A stretch of DNA of 64,000 bases from Betaproteobacteria bacterium. GTDB lineage: Bacteria; Pseudomonadota; Gammaproteobacteria; Burkholderiales; Ga0077523. A program made the translations under genes and the position numbers. The stretch spans positions 7,945 to 71,944 of the forward strand of contig WGLR01000003.1 of the NCBI GenBank assembly GCA_016125475.1, written 5' to 3'. The notes beneath the pieces are model-generated. The model was not told the origin of the DNA and ran no database searches. It was given only the letters and a program-made list of their open reading frames with translations. Shown here in pieces: positions 28,305-40,300 of the stretch (position 1 is its first letter; each line of letters begins with the position of its first letter).

Positions 28305-31300
28305 ATGGCGAGTCCGGTCATGAATCTCGCGCGCAACGCGCGGCAGTTCTTCCGACTTCCCCATCGTTTGACACGCGCGGCGGCGGCGAGGCTGCACGGT
28401 CACCTGACCGGCCGACCGAACGGCGCCCCGCCGTTCCGGCGCAAGCCGCTGCTCGAGATGCTGGAGCCGCGCGTGCCGCTGTCGGCCGATGCCCTCGTAC
28501 CGCGCATCGACGCCGCGCTCGACGTGCCGGGCGAGGTCGACCGCTACGGGTTCCAGATCGAGAACACGACACGCATCGTGTTCGACTCCCTCACGAACGA
28601 CAGCAACAAGCGGTGGTCGCTCGAAGGGCCGGACGGGACCCTCGTCTCGAACCGGCGCTTTTCGCAGAGCGATTCGGCGGATCTGCAGGGCGACGTCGCG
28701 CTCGAACTCGCACCGGGCGACTACACGCTGACCGTGGACGGAGTCGGCGACGACACGGGCGCCTACGGCTTCCGACTGCTCGATCTCGGCCAGGCGGACG
28801 AGATCACGCCGGGCACGCCCGTTTCGGGCCGGATCGATCCCGGCAACGAGACCGACGCCTACCGTTTCAGCGCGCTGGCCGGCAGCCGTTTCTACTTCGA
28901 CCGCACGGCATCGGGTGGTGACGTCTACTGGCGCCTGATCGATCCGTTCGGGCGAACGGTCTGGGGGCCGACGTGGCTCGGTACCGACGCAGGCGAGACC
29001 ACGCTCCGGTTCGACGGCAGCTACACGTTGCTGCTGGAAGGGCGCGACTCGTCCGCGACGGCCGCGGACTACACCTTCAACGTCGTTCCCGTCGTCGAAG
29101 CCGAGGACGCGCTCGCGCTCGACGAGGTCGTGTCGGGGGATATCGCTTCTCCGGGCATGCGTGCGAAGTATTCCTTCCGGGTCTACGAGGAGACGCCGGT
29201 CCTGTTCGACTCGCTCATCGCACGCCCGGATTTCAACTGGAGCCTCGCCGGGCCGCGCGGGTCCGTCGTGAGCGGTCTCGCATTCTCGCGCTCGGATTCC
29301 TTCGACCGCACGGGCAGCACAGCGATGCTGCTGCCCGCGGGCGATTACGTCCTGACGGTCGACGGCGACGGCGACGCCACGGGCACCTACCGGTTCCGTC
29401 TGCTCGATCTCGGCAACGCCCGCGAGATCGTTCCCGGTGAGACCGTCACCGACACCCTGTCGGACGGCGGTGCCACGGCTGCGCGCATGCACTCGAACGA
29501 AGGCGCCCCGCTGGCGTCTCCCGGATCGCCCGCGAACGGATCCCTGGTCTCTGGTACCGGGACGGCCTTCCTCCAGATGGGGGCGAACCCCGTGTTCGAG
29601 GCCGACAGCGCGCTGACCGTCGAGGCCTGGATCCGGCCGACCGGGAGCGGATCCGGTGCGAACGGGACCGGCGGCATCATCGTGAACAAGGAGGGCGAGT
29701 ACGAGATCGCGCGCTACGCGGACGGCACGATCCGGTGGGCGCTCGCGAATGCGACGCCCGGGTGGACCTTCGTGGATACCGGCTACGTCGCACCCGTCGA
29801 CACCTGGACGCATATCGCGCTCGTCTACGACAACGGTCGCGTGGACACCTATGCCAATGGCGAACTCGTGCACACGTTCGACGGCGCCGGCGCGATCGGG
29901 GACTTTCACGCTGCCCAGGACGACCTGCGCGTGGGCAGCCGTCAGATCGGCGATCAGACGTTCCAGGGCAACATCGACGAGGTACGTGTCTGGACCGTCG
30001 CACGCAGCGCGGCGCAGATCGCCGACCACTACCGGTCCGATCTGAACGGGGACGATGCCGGTCTCGCGGGCTACTGGCGATTCGCCGAGGCCGACGCTCT
30101 CGTGTTCGCGGACAGTTCCGTGAACGGCGCGGACGCGAGGATCCTCAACGTACCCGCCGTGGATACGCGTCTCTACCGGTTCACGGCGGTAGAGGGGGAG
30201 CGCTACTTTCTCGACCGGACGTCGTTCTCGGGTTCGAGTACCTCCCTGCGCATCCTCGATCCCTTCGGGGGGCTCGTGACGGGCCCTGCCGGGTTGGACG
30301 ACTACGGCGTGTTCACCGCGGCGTTCTCCGGCGACTACCTGATCGCCGTCGAAGGCAGGATCTTCAACACCGGCGGCACGGACTACTCGTTCGTCGTGCA
30401 CCGTGTGGAGGACGTGAGTGACACGCTTGCGCCGGACAGTCGCGTGGACGGTGCCATCGAGGTGCCCGGACAGCGGGTCCGGTTCGCCTTCTCGCTCGCG
30501 AACGACACGAGGCTGGTGTTCGATTCGCTCACGAACCGGTCCGACCTTTCCTGGTCGCTGACCGGACCTCGCGGGACGGACGTGTCGGGGCGCAGCTTCA
30601 CGCGCAGCGACTCCGTCGACCTCGCGGGAGACACGGTGCTCGATCTCGAAGCGGGCGACTACACGCTGATCGTCTCGGGCGACGGAGATGCCACCGGTGG
30701 CTTCTCGTTGCGCATGCTGGACCTCGCGACTGCCGCGCCGATCACGCGCGACACCGACGTGACCGCGCAACTCGATCCGTCGAACGAGACGGACGCATAC
30801 CGGTTCGTCGCGCAGTCCGGCGACCGGGTCATGGTCGAACTGAAGAGCGTGAGCGGCACGAACCCCTACTGGCGTCTCATCGATCCGACCGGCAAGGTCG
30901 TCGCGGGTCCCGCGATCGCGTCGAGTCTGGGAGAACTCACGCTGCGCCTCGACGGCACCTACACGCTGCTCGCCGAGAGCCGGATCGTGACGGGCGCCAC
31001 GACCGACTACACCTTCGCGGTGACGCTGCTCGGGAACGACCCGCTGCCCGAACTCACGGGGACCGCGATCGCTCCGGGCACGTCCGTGAACGGCACCCTC
31101 TCGGCCGTCGGCGAAGTCGACACCTATGTCTTCGACATCGCGGCGCCGACGCGCATCCTCATGGACAGCCTCGCGCCCGACGACAACGGCGGGTTCCTCT
31201 GGGCGCTGCAGGGGCCGCGCGGCACCGAAACGAGCCAGCGGTCGCTCTACTACTCCGAGTCGTTCGAGCTCGGTGCGACCTCGCCGGTGGTTGCGCTCGT

Positions 31301-34300
31301 CGTGCCGGGACGCTACCAGGTCCGAATCACGGGCAGCGGTTTCACGACGGGCACCTACGGCTTCCGCCTGCTCGACCTCGACGCGGGCACGACCATCACG
31401 CCCGGTGCGGAAGTCTCGGGGCAACTCGACCCTGCGAACACGACCGACATCTACCACCTCGACGTGAGCGAGCCGGGCACGACGCTCTTCGTGGACCGCC
31501 GTGCGCTCACGGGCGGGGTCGGCACCGACTGGGTGAGCTGGCGCGTGTTCGACGACAGTGGCCGGCAGGTGCTGGGACCGGCCTACTTCGACGACTTCTC
31601 GTTCACACCGGAGCGCAGCGGGCGCTACACGCTGATCGTGGAGAGCCGGATCTGGACCACCCGCTACCGCAGTGCGATCGACTATGGCTTCCTGATCCAG
31701 CCCGTCACGAACGACGAGGCCGTACTCACACTCGGCGAGACGGTGTCGGGCGACATCTCGCACGCGGGGCAGCGCGACGTCTACACGTTCGACGTCTCCG
31801 ACACCACCTACGTCTATTTCGACGCGCTCACGAACGACGCGTCGTTCAACTGGACGCTGCAGGGACCACGCGGCACGCTCGTGTCACAGCGTGCATTCAC
31901 CCAGACCGACAGCTACGACGGCCTTTCCATGGTCGAACTGCGCGCAGGCAGCTACCGGCTCACGATCGACGGTGCGGGCGACGCCACGGGTGGCTACTCG
32001 TTCCGGCTCTCCGATCTCGCGCAGGTGACCGAACTGATTCCGGGCACGCAGGTGAGCGGCACACTCGACCCCGCCCTGGGTTCGGCGCTCTACCGGTTCG
32101 ACGCTCTGGCGGGTGACCGCGTCTACCTCGACCACCTGTCGCGCAGCGGCGCGACGCCATACTGGCGCCTGCTCGACCCATGGGGTCGCAGCCTCGTGGG
32201 CCAGGTCTCGTTCACCTCCGACCAGGAGCTCACCCTCCCGTACGACGGGACGTACACGATCGCGATCGAGGGCCGGATCTACTCCACCGGCGCGACGGAC
32301 TACGCCTTCAATGTCGTGCCGATCGTCGACGAGACCGGCTCTCTCGCGATCGGTGAGGTGGTCGACGCGCACATCACGCATCCCGGGCAGAGGATCTCGT
32401 TCCGGTTCGACGTCGCGCAGCCGATGCGCGTGCTCTTCGACGCGCTCGCGAACCAGCCCTCCGCGTACTGGTCGCTCTCCGGCCCGCGCGGCACGATCGT
32501 GTCCGGACGCAGCCTCTCGGGTTCGGACTCGTACGATCTCGGCGGCAACACGCTGCTCGACCTCGTTGACGGCAGCTACGTGCTCACGGTGGACGGCGGT
32601 GGTGACTTCACGGGGTCGGTGCCGTTCCGTCTGCTCGACGTGGCGACTGCCACCGCGATCGCGCCGCTCGACGTCGTGACAGGCACCCTCGGCGACGCCG
32701 GCCTCGGCCTCTCGACGGTGCGCGTGCCGTCCACGGCGCCGCTCGACAGTCCGGTGCAGGACGACGGCGCACTCGACCTGCGGCCCGACAACCGTTACGT
32801 GCTCGTGGCCGACAGCGATTCCCTGCGACCGGAGACGATCACGCTCGAGGGCTGGGTGCTGAAGTCGCCCGGAGACTCGACGTGGCAGACGGTCGCCATG
32901 AAGAGCACGAACAGCAGCTGGGGGGATGGTTACGGGCTCGCGTTCTACAACGACGGTCGCCTGCATTTCTTCCTGAACGGCTATCGCACCGCGGAAGTCT
33001 CCACCGTCCTCGAGACGGATACCTGGACTCACGTCGCGGCGACCTACGACGGTGCCGAGATGAGGCTGTACGTGAACGGCGAGGTCGTCGCGAGTCGTGC
33101 CTACTCGGGCGCGATCAACCACACGACCGCGCCGCTGCTGCTCGGACAGGGGGCAGGCGGATACCGATGGGCCGGCATGCTCGACGAGATGCGCGTCTGG
33201 AACGTCGCGCGCACGCCGGAGGAGATCGCGGCGAGCTATCGCCGGAAGGTCGCAGGCGACGAGGCGGGGCTCGTCGGCGCGTGGTCCTTCGACGAGCCGG
33301 CGGGGCTCGCGGTCACGGACGCCTCTCCCGAGGGCAACGATGGCCGGCTCGTCAATTTCCCGTCACGCGAGACACGGCTCTACAGCTTCGATGCAGAGGC
33401 CGGGCAGAGGTTCTTCCTCGATCGGCAGGCGCTTTCGGGCGACAGCTTCGCCGTGCGCGTCTTCGACCCCGCGGGCAACCTCTTCTACGGGCCGAGCACG
33501 TTCAACGACATCGACGTATTCACCACCACGCTCCCCGGGACCTATCTGATCGCACTCGAGGGCCGCGTCTACAACAACGGGCCTTCGGACTACCGGTTCG
33601 CGCTGAACGGCGTCGACGACGCGGCCGCCACGCTCACGGTCGGCGACACGCTCTCGAGCGCGCTCGAGCACGCGGGCCAGCAGAAGTCCTTCACGTTCAC
33701 GCTCGACGCCGACGCGCGAATCTATTTCGACGCGCTCACGAACGACAGCCAGATCCGGTGGACTCTCGCCGGGCCGCGCGGCACGGTCGTGAGCGCGCGT
33801 CCGTTCACCCAGACCGACGGCTACGCCGGAACGAGCATCCTCGATCTCGTGGCCGGAGACTACGTGCTGCGCATCGACGGCAACGGCGACACGACGGGTG
33901 CCTTTGCGCTTCGCGTGCTCGATCTCGCCGACGCGACCGCGATCGCCTACGACGAGGCCGTGAACGGCCAGCTCGACCCCGCCACCGCGACCCGGGCCTT
34001 CAGGTTCGACGCGACAGCCGGTGACCGCGTGTACTTCGACTCGACGAATTCCTCCGTCGGCAACACCTACTGGCGTCTGCTCGACCCCTTCGGCCGAACC
34101 GTATTCGGCCAGTCCCACATGGGCTCGGACGCCGGGCGTTTCGTGCTCGACTTCGACGGCACCTACACGCTGCTCGTCGAAGGCGGCATCAGTCCCGGCA
34201 ATCCGTCCGGCTTCGGCTTCCGGATCGCGTCCGTGAGCGACACCGAAATCCCGATCGTTCCCGGTCAGGATCTCGGCATGGCGCCACGGTGGATCGATGG

Positions 34301-37300
34301 TCAGGTCGGCGGTGCGCTCGAACTGAACGGCCGGCAGTACGTCGAGATTCCCGCGGCGCCCGAGATTGCCTTGACCGGTTCAGTGACCTGGGAAGGGTGG
34401 TTCCGCGCGGATTCGTTCGCGAATTCCTGGATGCCGGTCTTCTTCAAGGGAGACGGCGATGCCGCGAGCCACCGGACCGTGTCGCTGTGGCTGAACAGCA
34501 GCGGCTATCTCCACCTCTCCGTCGCCAACGGCACGTCCAACTACACCGTCGACACGGCGTCCGGACTCATCCGGTCGGGCGAGTGGAACCACCTGGCCGC
34601 GGTGGTGGACCGCGCCACGAACACGATGCGGATCGTCGTGAACGGCGAGGAGGCCGCGACCCGTACCGACGCGGGGCTCGCGACGCCCTGGGAGAGCACC
34701 GGTCCGCTCCTCGTCGGCGCGACGTCGGAATTCTCGACGTCCTACGCGGACTTCGACGGCGCGGTGGACGAGGTGCGCCTGTGGAACGTCGCCCGCACGA
34801 CCGCAGAGATCGCCGGGGCGATGTCCACGGCGATCGCGAACCCCGTGGACGCACTGCTCGCGCGCTGGGCCTTCGACGAGACCGGCGGGGCCGTCGTCGC
34901 CGACGTGTCCGGCAACGGGCACGACGGTGCCCTGCGCAACACCGGCAGCGGCACCGTCATCGGCCGGGTCGCGCACCCCGGCGACCGCGTGATGCACACC
35001 TTCACGCTCGCGACCGACACGCGCCTCTACTTCGACTCGCTCACGGACAGCCCGAATCTGCGCTGGAGCCTGTCGGGGCCGCGCGGCACGCTCACGAGCG
35101 ACCGCGGGTTCAACACGTCCGACTCGGTCGACGGCACGAGCATCTATTCGCTCGTCGCGGGCGACTACACGCTGACGGTCGAGGGCCGCAACGACACGGT
35201 CGGGGATTATGCATTCCGGCTGCTCGCACTCGAAGACGGCACCGACATCGCGTTCGGCGACCGCGTGGACGGCACGCTGGCCCCCTCCCGGGAAACCGAC
35301 GTCTACCACTTCGATGCCGTCGCCGGCGACCTGCTGTACCTCGATGTCCTGAGCGAGACGGGTGGCGACATCTACTGGCGCGTGCTCGACCCCTACGGCC
35401 GGACCGTGACGGGCCCGACGAACTTCGCGGACGTCGAAGCCGGACCGCTGGGCGCGGACGGCACCTACACGCTGCTCGTTGAGGGACGCCGATACACGGG
35501 CGGAAACGCCGCCTACAGCTTCCGCCTCCTGAGTCCGGAGGTCGCGGAGCAGACGCTCGTGCCCGGCGAGCCCGTGAACGGCACGATCGCGAACCCCGGC
35601 GACTCCGCGCGCTACACGTTCACGCTCGCGGACGCGCGCCAGATGGTCTTCGATTCACGCACCAACCGCTCCGACATGCGGTGGACGCTCACCGGGCCGC
35701 TCGGCACCGTCGTGTCCTCGCGACAGTTCACGCAGTCGGACTCCGCGGACTTCGCCGCGAGCCCCGTGCTCGCGCTCGGTGCGGGTGACTACACGCTCAC
35801 GATCGACGCGACGAGCGACTCGACGGGCGACTTCTCGTTCGCGCTGTTCGATCTGGCGGCGGCCGGCGAGATCACGGCCGGCCAGGAAGTGACGGGTCGT
35901 CTCGAGCCCGGCAGCGCGACCGATCTCTACCGGTTCTCCGCGAACGCGCGCGACCGCGTGACGTTCGACATGCTGTCCGAGAGCACGAACTCCGCCTACT
36001 GGCGTGTGCTCCATCCCTTCGGTGGCGAGATCTTCGGTCCCGTCAACTTCGCCGACGCGGGCACGTTCACGATGCCGTTCGACGGAACGTACTACGTGCT
36101 CGTGGAGGGCCGGTACAACGAGGGCAACGCGGTCGACTACGGCTTCCGGCTCGTGCGGGAGGCCCAGGACAACCCGGACGGCCTGACCGCCCAGGGTTTC
36201 GACACGGCCGGGCTGCCCTATGCGCTCTTCAACGGATCGGGAGCCGCAGCGGAGGTGCTGGACGGCGGCCCCACGGGGCAGTTCCTGAGGCTCGCGAACA
36301 CCACGCGGCAGTCCGGCAACTCGGTGGCCTTCGCGAACACGACTGCGGGACCGTACGCTTCCATCGCGATCGACTTCGATTTCCGGATGCAGCCCGGCAG
36401 CGGTCGTGCCGACGGTTTCGGCCTCGCGTGGCTCGATGCCGACGCATGGGGCACGGGGGGGATCGTCGGTGCGTTCGGCCCGGAACCCGATCTCGCGAAA
36501 TCGTTCGGCCTCGGATTCGACATCTACAACAACGGCGAGGTGAACAACAACCACCTCTCCGTCCACTACGACGGGGTCAGGCTCGCAGAGTTCGGCAGTC
36601 CGGGTTTCGACCTCGCGAACGGCGTGTTCAACCACGCGCGGGTGGTTCTCACGCAGGGGGAGGGCGGCAGCTTCGTCACGGTCGAGCTCACGCCCGACGG
36701 GGGCGACACCGTCACGCCGGTCGACGACTACTTCGTGAGCGGTCTCGAACTCCGCGAAGGCCGCCTCGCGTTCGGAGCCTACTCCGGTGGCCAGACCGCG
36801 AACCACGACCTCGACAACATCGCGATCGAGACCACGCCCGGTCCCGCGGTGCAGTACCCGGGGATCGCATTCGGCGAGACGGTGTCGAGCACGCTCGGTA
36901 CCGCCAGCGAGATCGACCGGTACGTGTTCACGGTGGCGGAAGCGAAACGGCTCTATGTCGATTCCTTCACGAACAACGGCAACATCCGCTGGACCCTCGA
37001 GGGACCGCGCGGAACCGTCGTGTCGCAGCGCGCCTTCTCGCAGTCGGATTCCTGGGAAGGGCTCTCGCTGATCGACGCCGTCGCGGGCGACTACGTGCTC
37101 ACGGTGACAGGGTCCGCGGGCGCCTATTCGTTCCGCGTGCTGGATCTCGCCGACGCGACGCCGATCCAGCCGGACGAGGCCGTCTCCGGCACGCTGGACC
37201 CCGCGAACGAGAGCGATGCCTACCACTTCGAGGTGACCGCCGGAGACCGCTTCTATTTCGACCGCACCGCGCGAAGCGGCGGCGACATCTACTGGCGGCT

Positions 37301-40300
37301 CGTCGATCCGGTCGGCCGCGTCGTGTTCGGTCCGTCCGCGATCAACGGCAACAGCGACATCGACGCGACGACGCTGGGCCGCACCGGGACCTACACGCTG
37401 TTGGTGGAAGGTCGCGCGTACACCACGGGCACCGCGACGTACGGCTTCACGGTCCGGACGGTCACCGACGAGTTCGCCACGATCTCGCCGGGCGAGGTCG
37501 TGAGCGGCGCGATCGACTCGAACGGACAGCGCGACACGTACACGTTCCAGCTCGCCGGGGACACGCGTGTGTACTTCGACAACCGCACCGCGAACACGTC
37601 GTTGCACTGGAGCATGACGGGGCCGCGAGGCACCGTCGTCGGTGACACGACCCTGTACAACTCCGATTCGCACGACGGCACCCGCATCCTCGATCTCGTG
37701 GCCGGCGAGTACACGATCGTGATCGACGAGCCCGGAGAGGGCACGGCGGACTACGGATTCCGGCTCGTCGACCTCGACACCGCCACGCCGATCACCGTCG
37801 ACGAAACCGTCGAGGGCACGCTCGATCCCGCGAACTCGAGTGCGTTCTACCGGTTCGACGCACGGGCTGGCGACACCCTGTTCTTCGACCGCATCGCGAA
37901 CAGCGGCGGGGACACGTACTGGCGCCTGCTCGATCCGTACGGCCGCACGTGGTGGGGTCCGAGCCAGATGGCGGCCGACAACGTCGGCACCCGCACGCTC
38001 GCCTACGACGGCACCTGGACGCTCATCGTCGAAGGACGCTACTACGTGTCGGGCACGGCCTCGTATTCGTTCCGGATCGCGCCCGTCGCCGTCGACACGG
38101 CCGCGATGACGCTGAACGAGCGCGTGACGGGCAGTCTGTCGGGGCCGGGCGAGACGGATCGCTACACGTTCACGCTCGCCGAGGCGAAGCGCGTGTACGT
38201 CGACACGCAGACGAACGATTCGAATCTCGCCTGGAGCCTCGCCGGGCCGATCGGCACCCTCGTATCGGGGCGGCGCTTCCACCAGACCGACTCCTACGAG
38301 GGTTTGAGCATCCTGGATCTGGTGCCAGGCGACTACACGCTGTCCGTGGAAGGCCTCAAGGACACCGTCGGCGACTATGCGCTGCGCGTGCTCGATCTCG
38401 CCACGGCCGTCCCCATCGAGCCCGGCACGCTCGTCTCGGGCACGCTGAGTCCCGCGTCCGCGACGGACGCGTACCGGTTCGATGCGCAGGCCGGGGACCG
38501 CTTCTTCTTCGACCGCACCGCGAACAGCGGCGGCGACACGTACTGGCGACTGCTGGATCCCTTCGGCCGCCCCGTCTGGGGGCCGCTGTACATGCCCGGC
38601 AACGACGTGGACGTCACGACGCTCGCGTACGACGGGACCTACACGCTGCTCGTCGAGGGCCGCTACTACGTGGGCGGCAACGCGACGTTCGGGTTCAACG
38701 TCCAGCCCGTGCCGCTGCAGGACCGCATCATCATCACCGGGCTCGGGACACAGGCCGGGGCGGACCTCGTCGTCGAGAACGTGTCCGTCACTGCGACCGT
38801 CGGCGACGTGCGCGCCGGCGGGGAGGTCACCGTCTCGTGGGAAGTCGTGAACGGTGGCAGCGAACCTGCCGCGGGCCCGTGGCTGGATCGCGTGCTCGTG
38901 CGCAACGTCGATCGCGGCGAGCTCGTGCGCAACCTGCTCGTGAACTACGACGACCTCGGCGACCAGGCCGCCGATCCCCTCCTGCCGGGGGAACGGCGTT
39001 CGCGCTCGGTCACGTTCGACCTGCCCGCCGGAAACCAGGGGGTCGGGAACCTGCGCTTCGATGTCACGACGGACGTGTCGAATGTCGTGGAGGAACTGGG
39101 AGGCGCCACCGCGGAGATCAACAACACGACGAGCGTCACGCTCGTGTCCGCCGCGTCGCCGTATCCCGATCTCAGGGTCACCGGGCTCGCGGCGTCCCCC
39201 GCTTCCGGCTGGGCGGCCGGCGACCAGGTCACGCTGACCTGGCGCGTCGAGAACACGGGCGACGCACCTGCCGACGCGTCGTGGCGCGACAGCATCGTGG
39301 TGCGCAACCTCGGTACCGGCCAGACGATCGTCGACACGACGCAGCGTCACGACGCCGACGTGGAGGGAGCCCTTGCGGCCGGAACCTCGCGCGAACGCAG
39401 TCTCACGTTCACGTGGCCCGCAGGCACGGCGGGCTCCGGGCGGTTCGACTTCACGGGGGTCACCGACGTGGCGGGTGAGCTCTTCGAGTCCAACGCTCAG
39501 GACACCGCCGAGACCAACAACACGCAGCGCATCACGATCGCGTCGGCGCCCGACCTCGTGGTCCAGAGCGTCGCCGTGGCACCGGCGACGATCGGCGCTG
39601 GCGACATGGTCACGGTGCGCTGGGAGGACTCGAACACCGGGCTCGCCGAGACTCCCGCGGGGTGGAGCGACCGGATCCAGGTCCGCAATCTGGACACCGG
39701 CGAGGTTCTGCTCGACACCGCGAGCGCCTACGACCCGACGGCTCCCGGAAACGGCGCGCTCGGCGTGGGGGCCGTCCTCGCGCGCGAGTACAGCTTCCGG
39801 TTGCCCGACGGGCAGCGCGGGACCGGGCGCATCGAGGTCACGATCACGGCCGACCAGAACGCGAACGGGCAGGGCGCGCTCGTGGAATACACGCAGGCCG
39901 GGACGAGCGCCGAAGGCAACAATTCGGCGACCGCCACGTTCACGGCGCAGGAGAAGGTCTACCCGGATCTCGTCGTGACCGACGTGACCGTGCCGCTCAC
40001 GGGAAGGGGCGGCGAGACCGTGAACGTCGCGTGGACGGTCGTGAACCAGAGCACGGTGGGGACCGGCAGCGGCTTCACCGACAGGATCGTGCTCAGCACG
40101 GACACGGTGATCGGCAACGCGGACGACGTCGAACTCGGGACCCTCGTTCACGGCATGGCGCTGGACGGCGGGGACTCCTACACGGCGTCGGCGGACGTCA
40201 CGCTGCCGCTGCGGCTCGACGGCACGTTCCACGTCGCGGTGACGACGGACGCGCTGATGGCGGTCGTCGAACCCGACACGCGCACGGACAACACGTCGGC

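Larger units (their letters stand above)
28500..38710 (+). repeat. Array of 12 alternating A/B pairs of ~100-aa PPC-like (pre-peptidase C-terminal-type) jelly-roll domains
   Basis: The A type has G.I...G..D.Y.F.......(V/L)(F/Y)FD(S/A)LTN.....W(S/T)L.GP.GT.VS.R.F..SDS......L.L..G.Y.L.(V/I)DG.GD.TG.Y.FRLLDL. A copies sit near 28577, 29200, 30515, 31150, 31810, 32430, 33720, 35025, 35643, 36950, 37570 and 38195. The B type has G.LDP.....Y(R/H)F.A.AGDR.(Y/F)FD........YWRL(L/I)DP.G..V.GP......... B copies sit near 28860, 30175, 30800, 31455, 32090, 33380, 34000, 35305, 35930, 37220, 37850 and 38470. The uninterrupted A-to-A period is 620-660 nt. Confidence 0.8.

Noticed and set aside
28130-28921. 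Track ORF 28130..28921 (+, 263 aa) as the gene following G1
   Set aside because: It is in the wrong frame. Its translation is Arg/Gly/Pro-rich and featureless. The frame starting at ATG 28305 gives the LEPR leader and PPC-like domains and has an SD.
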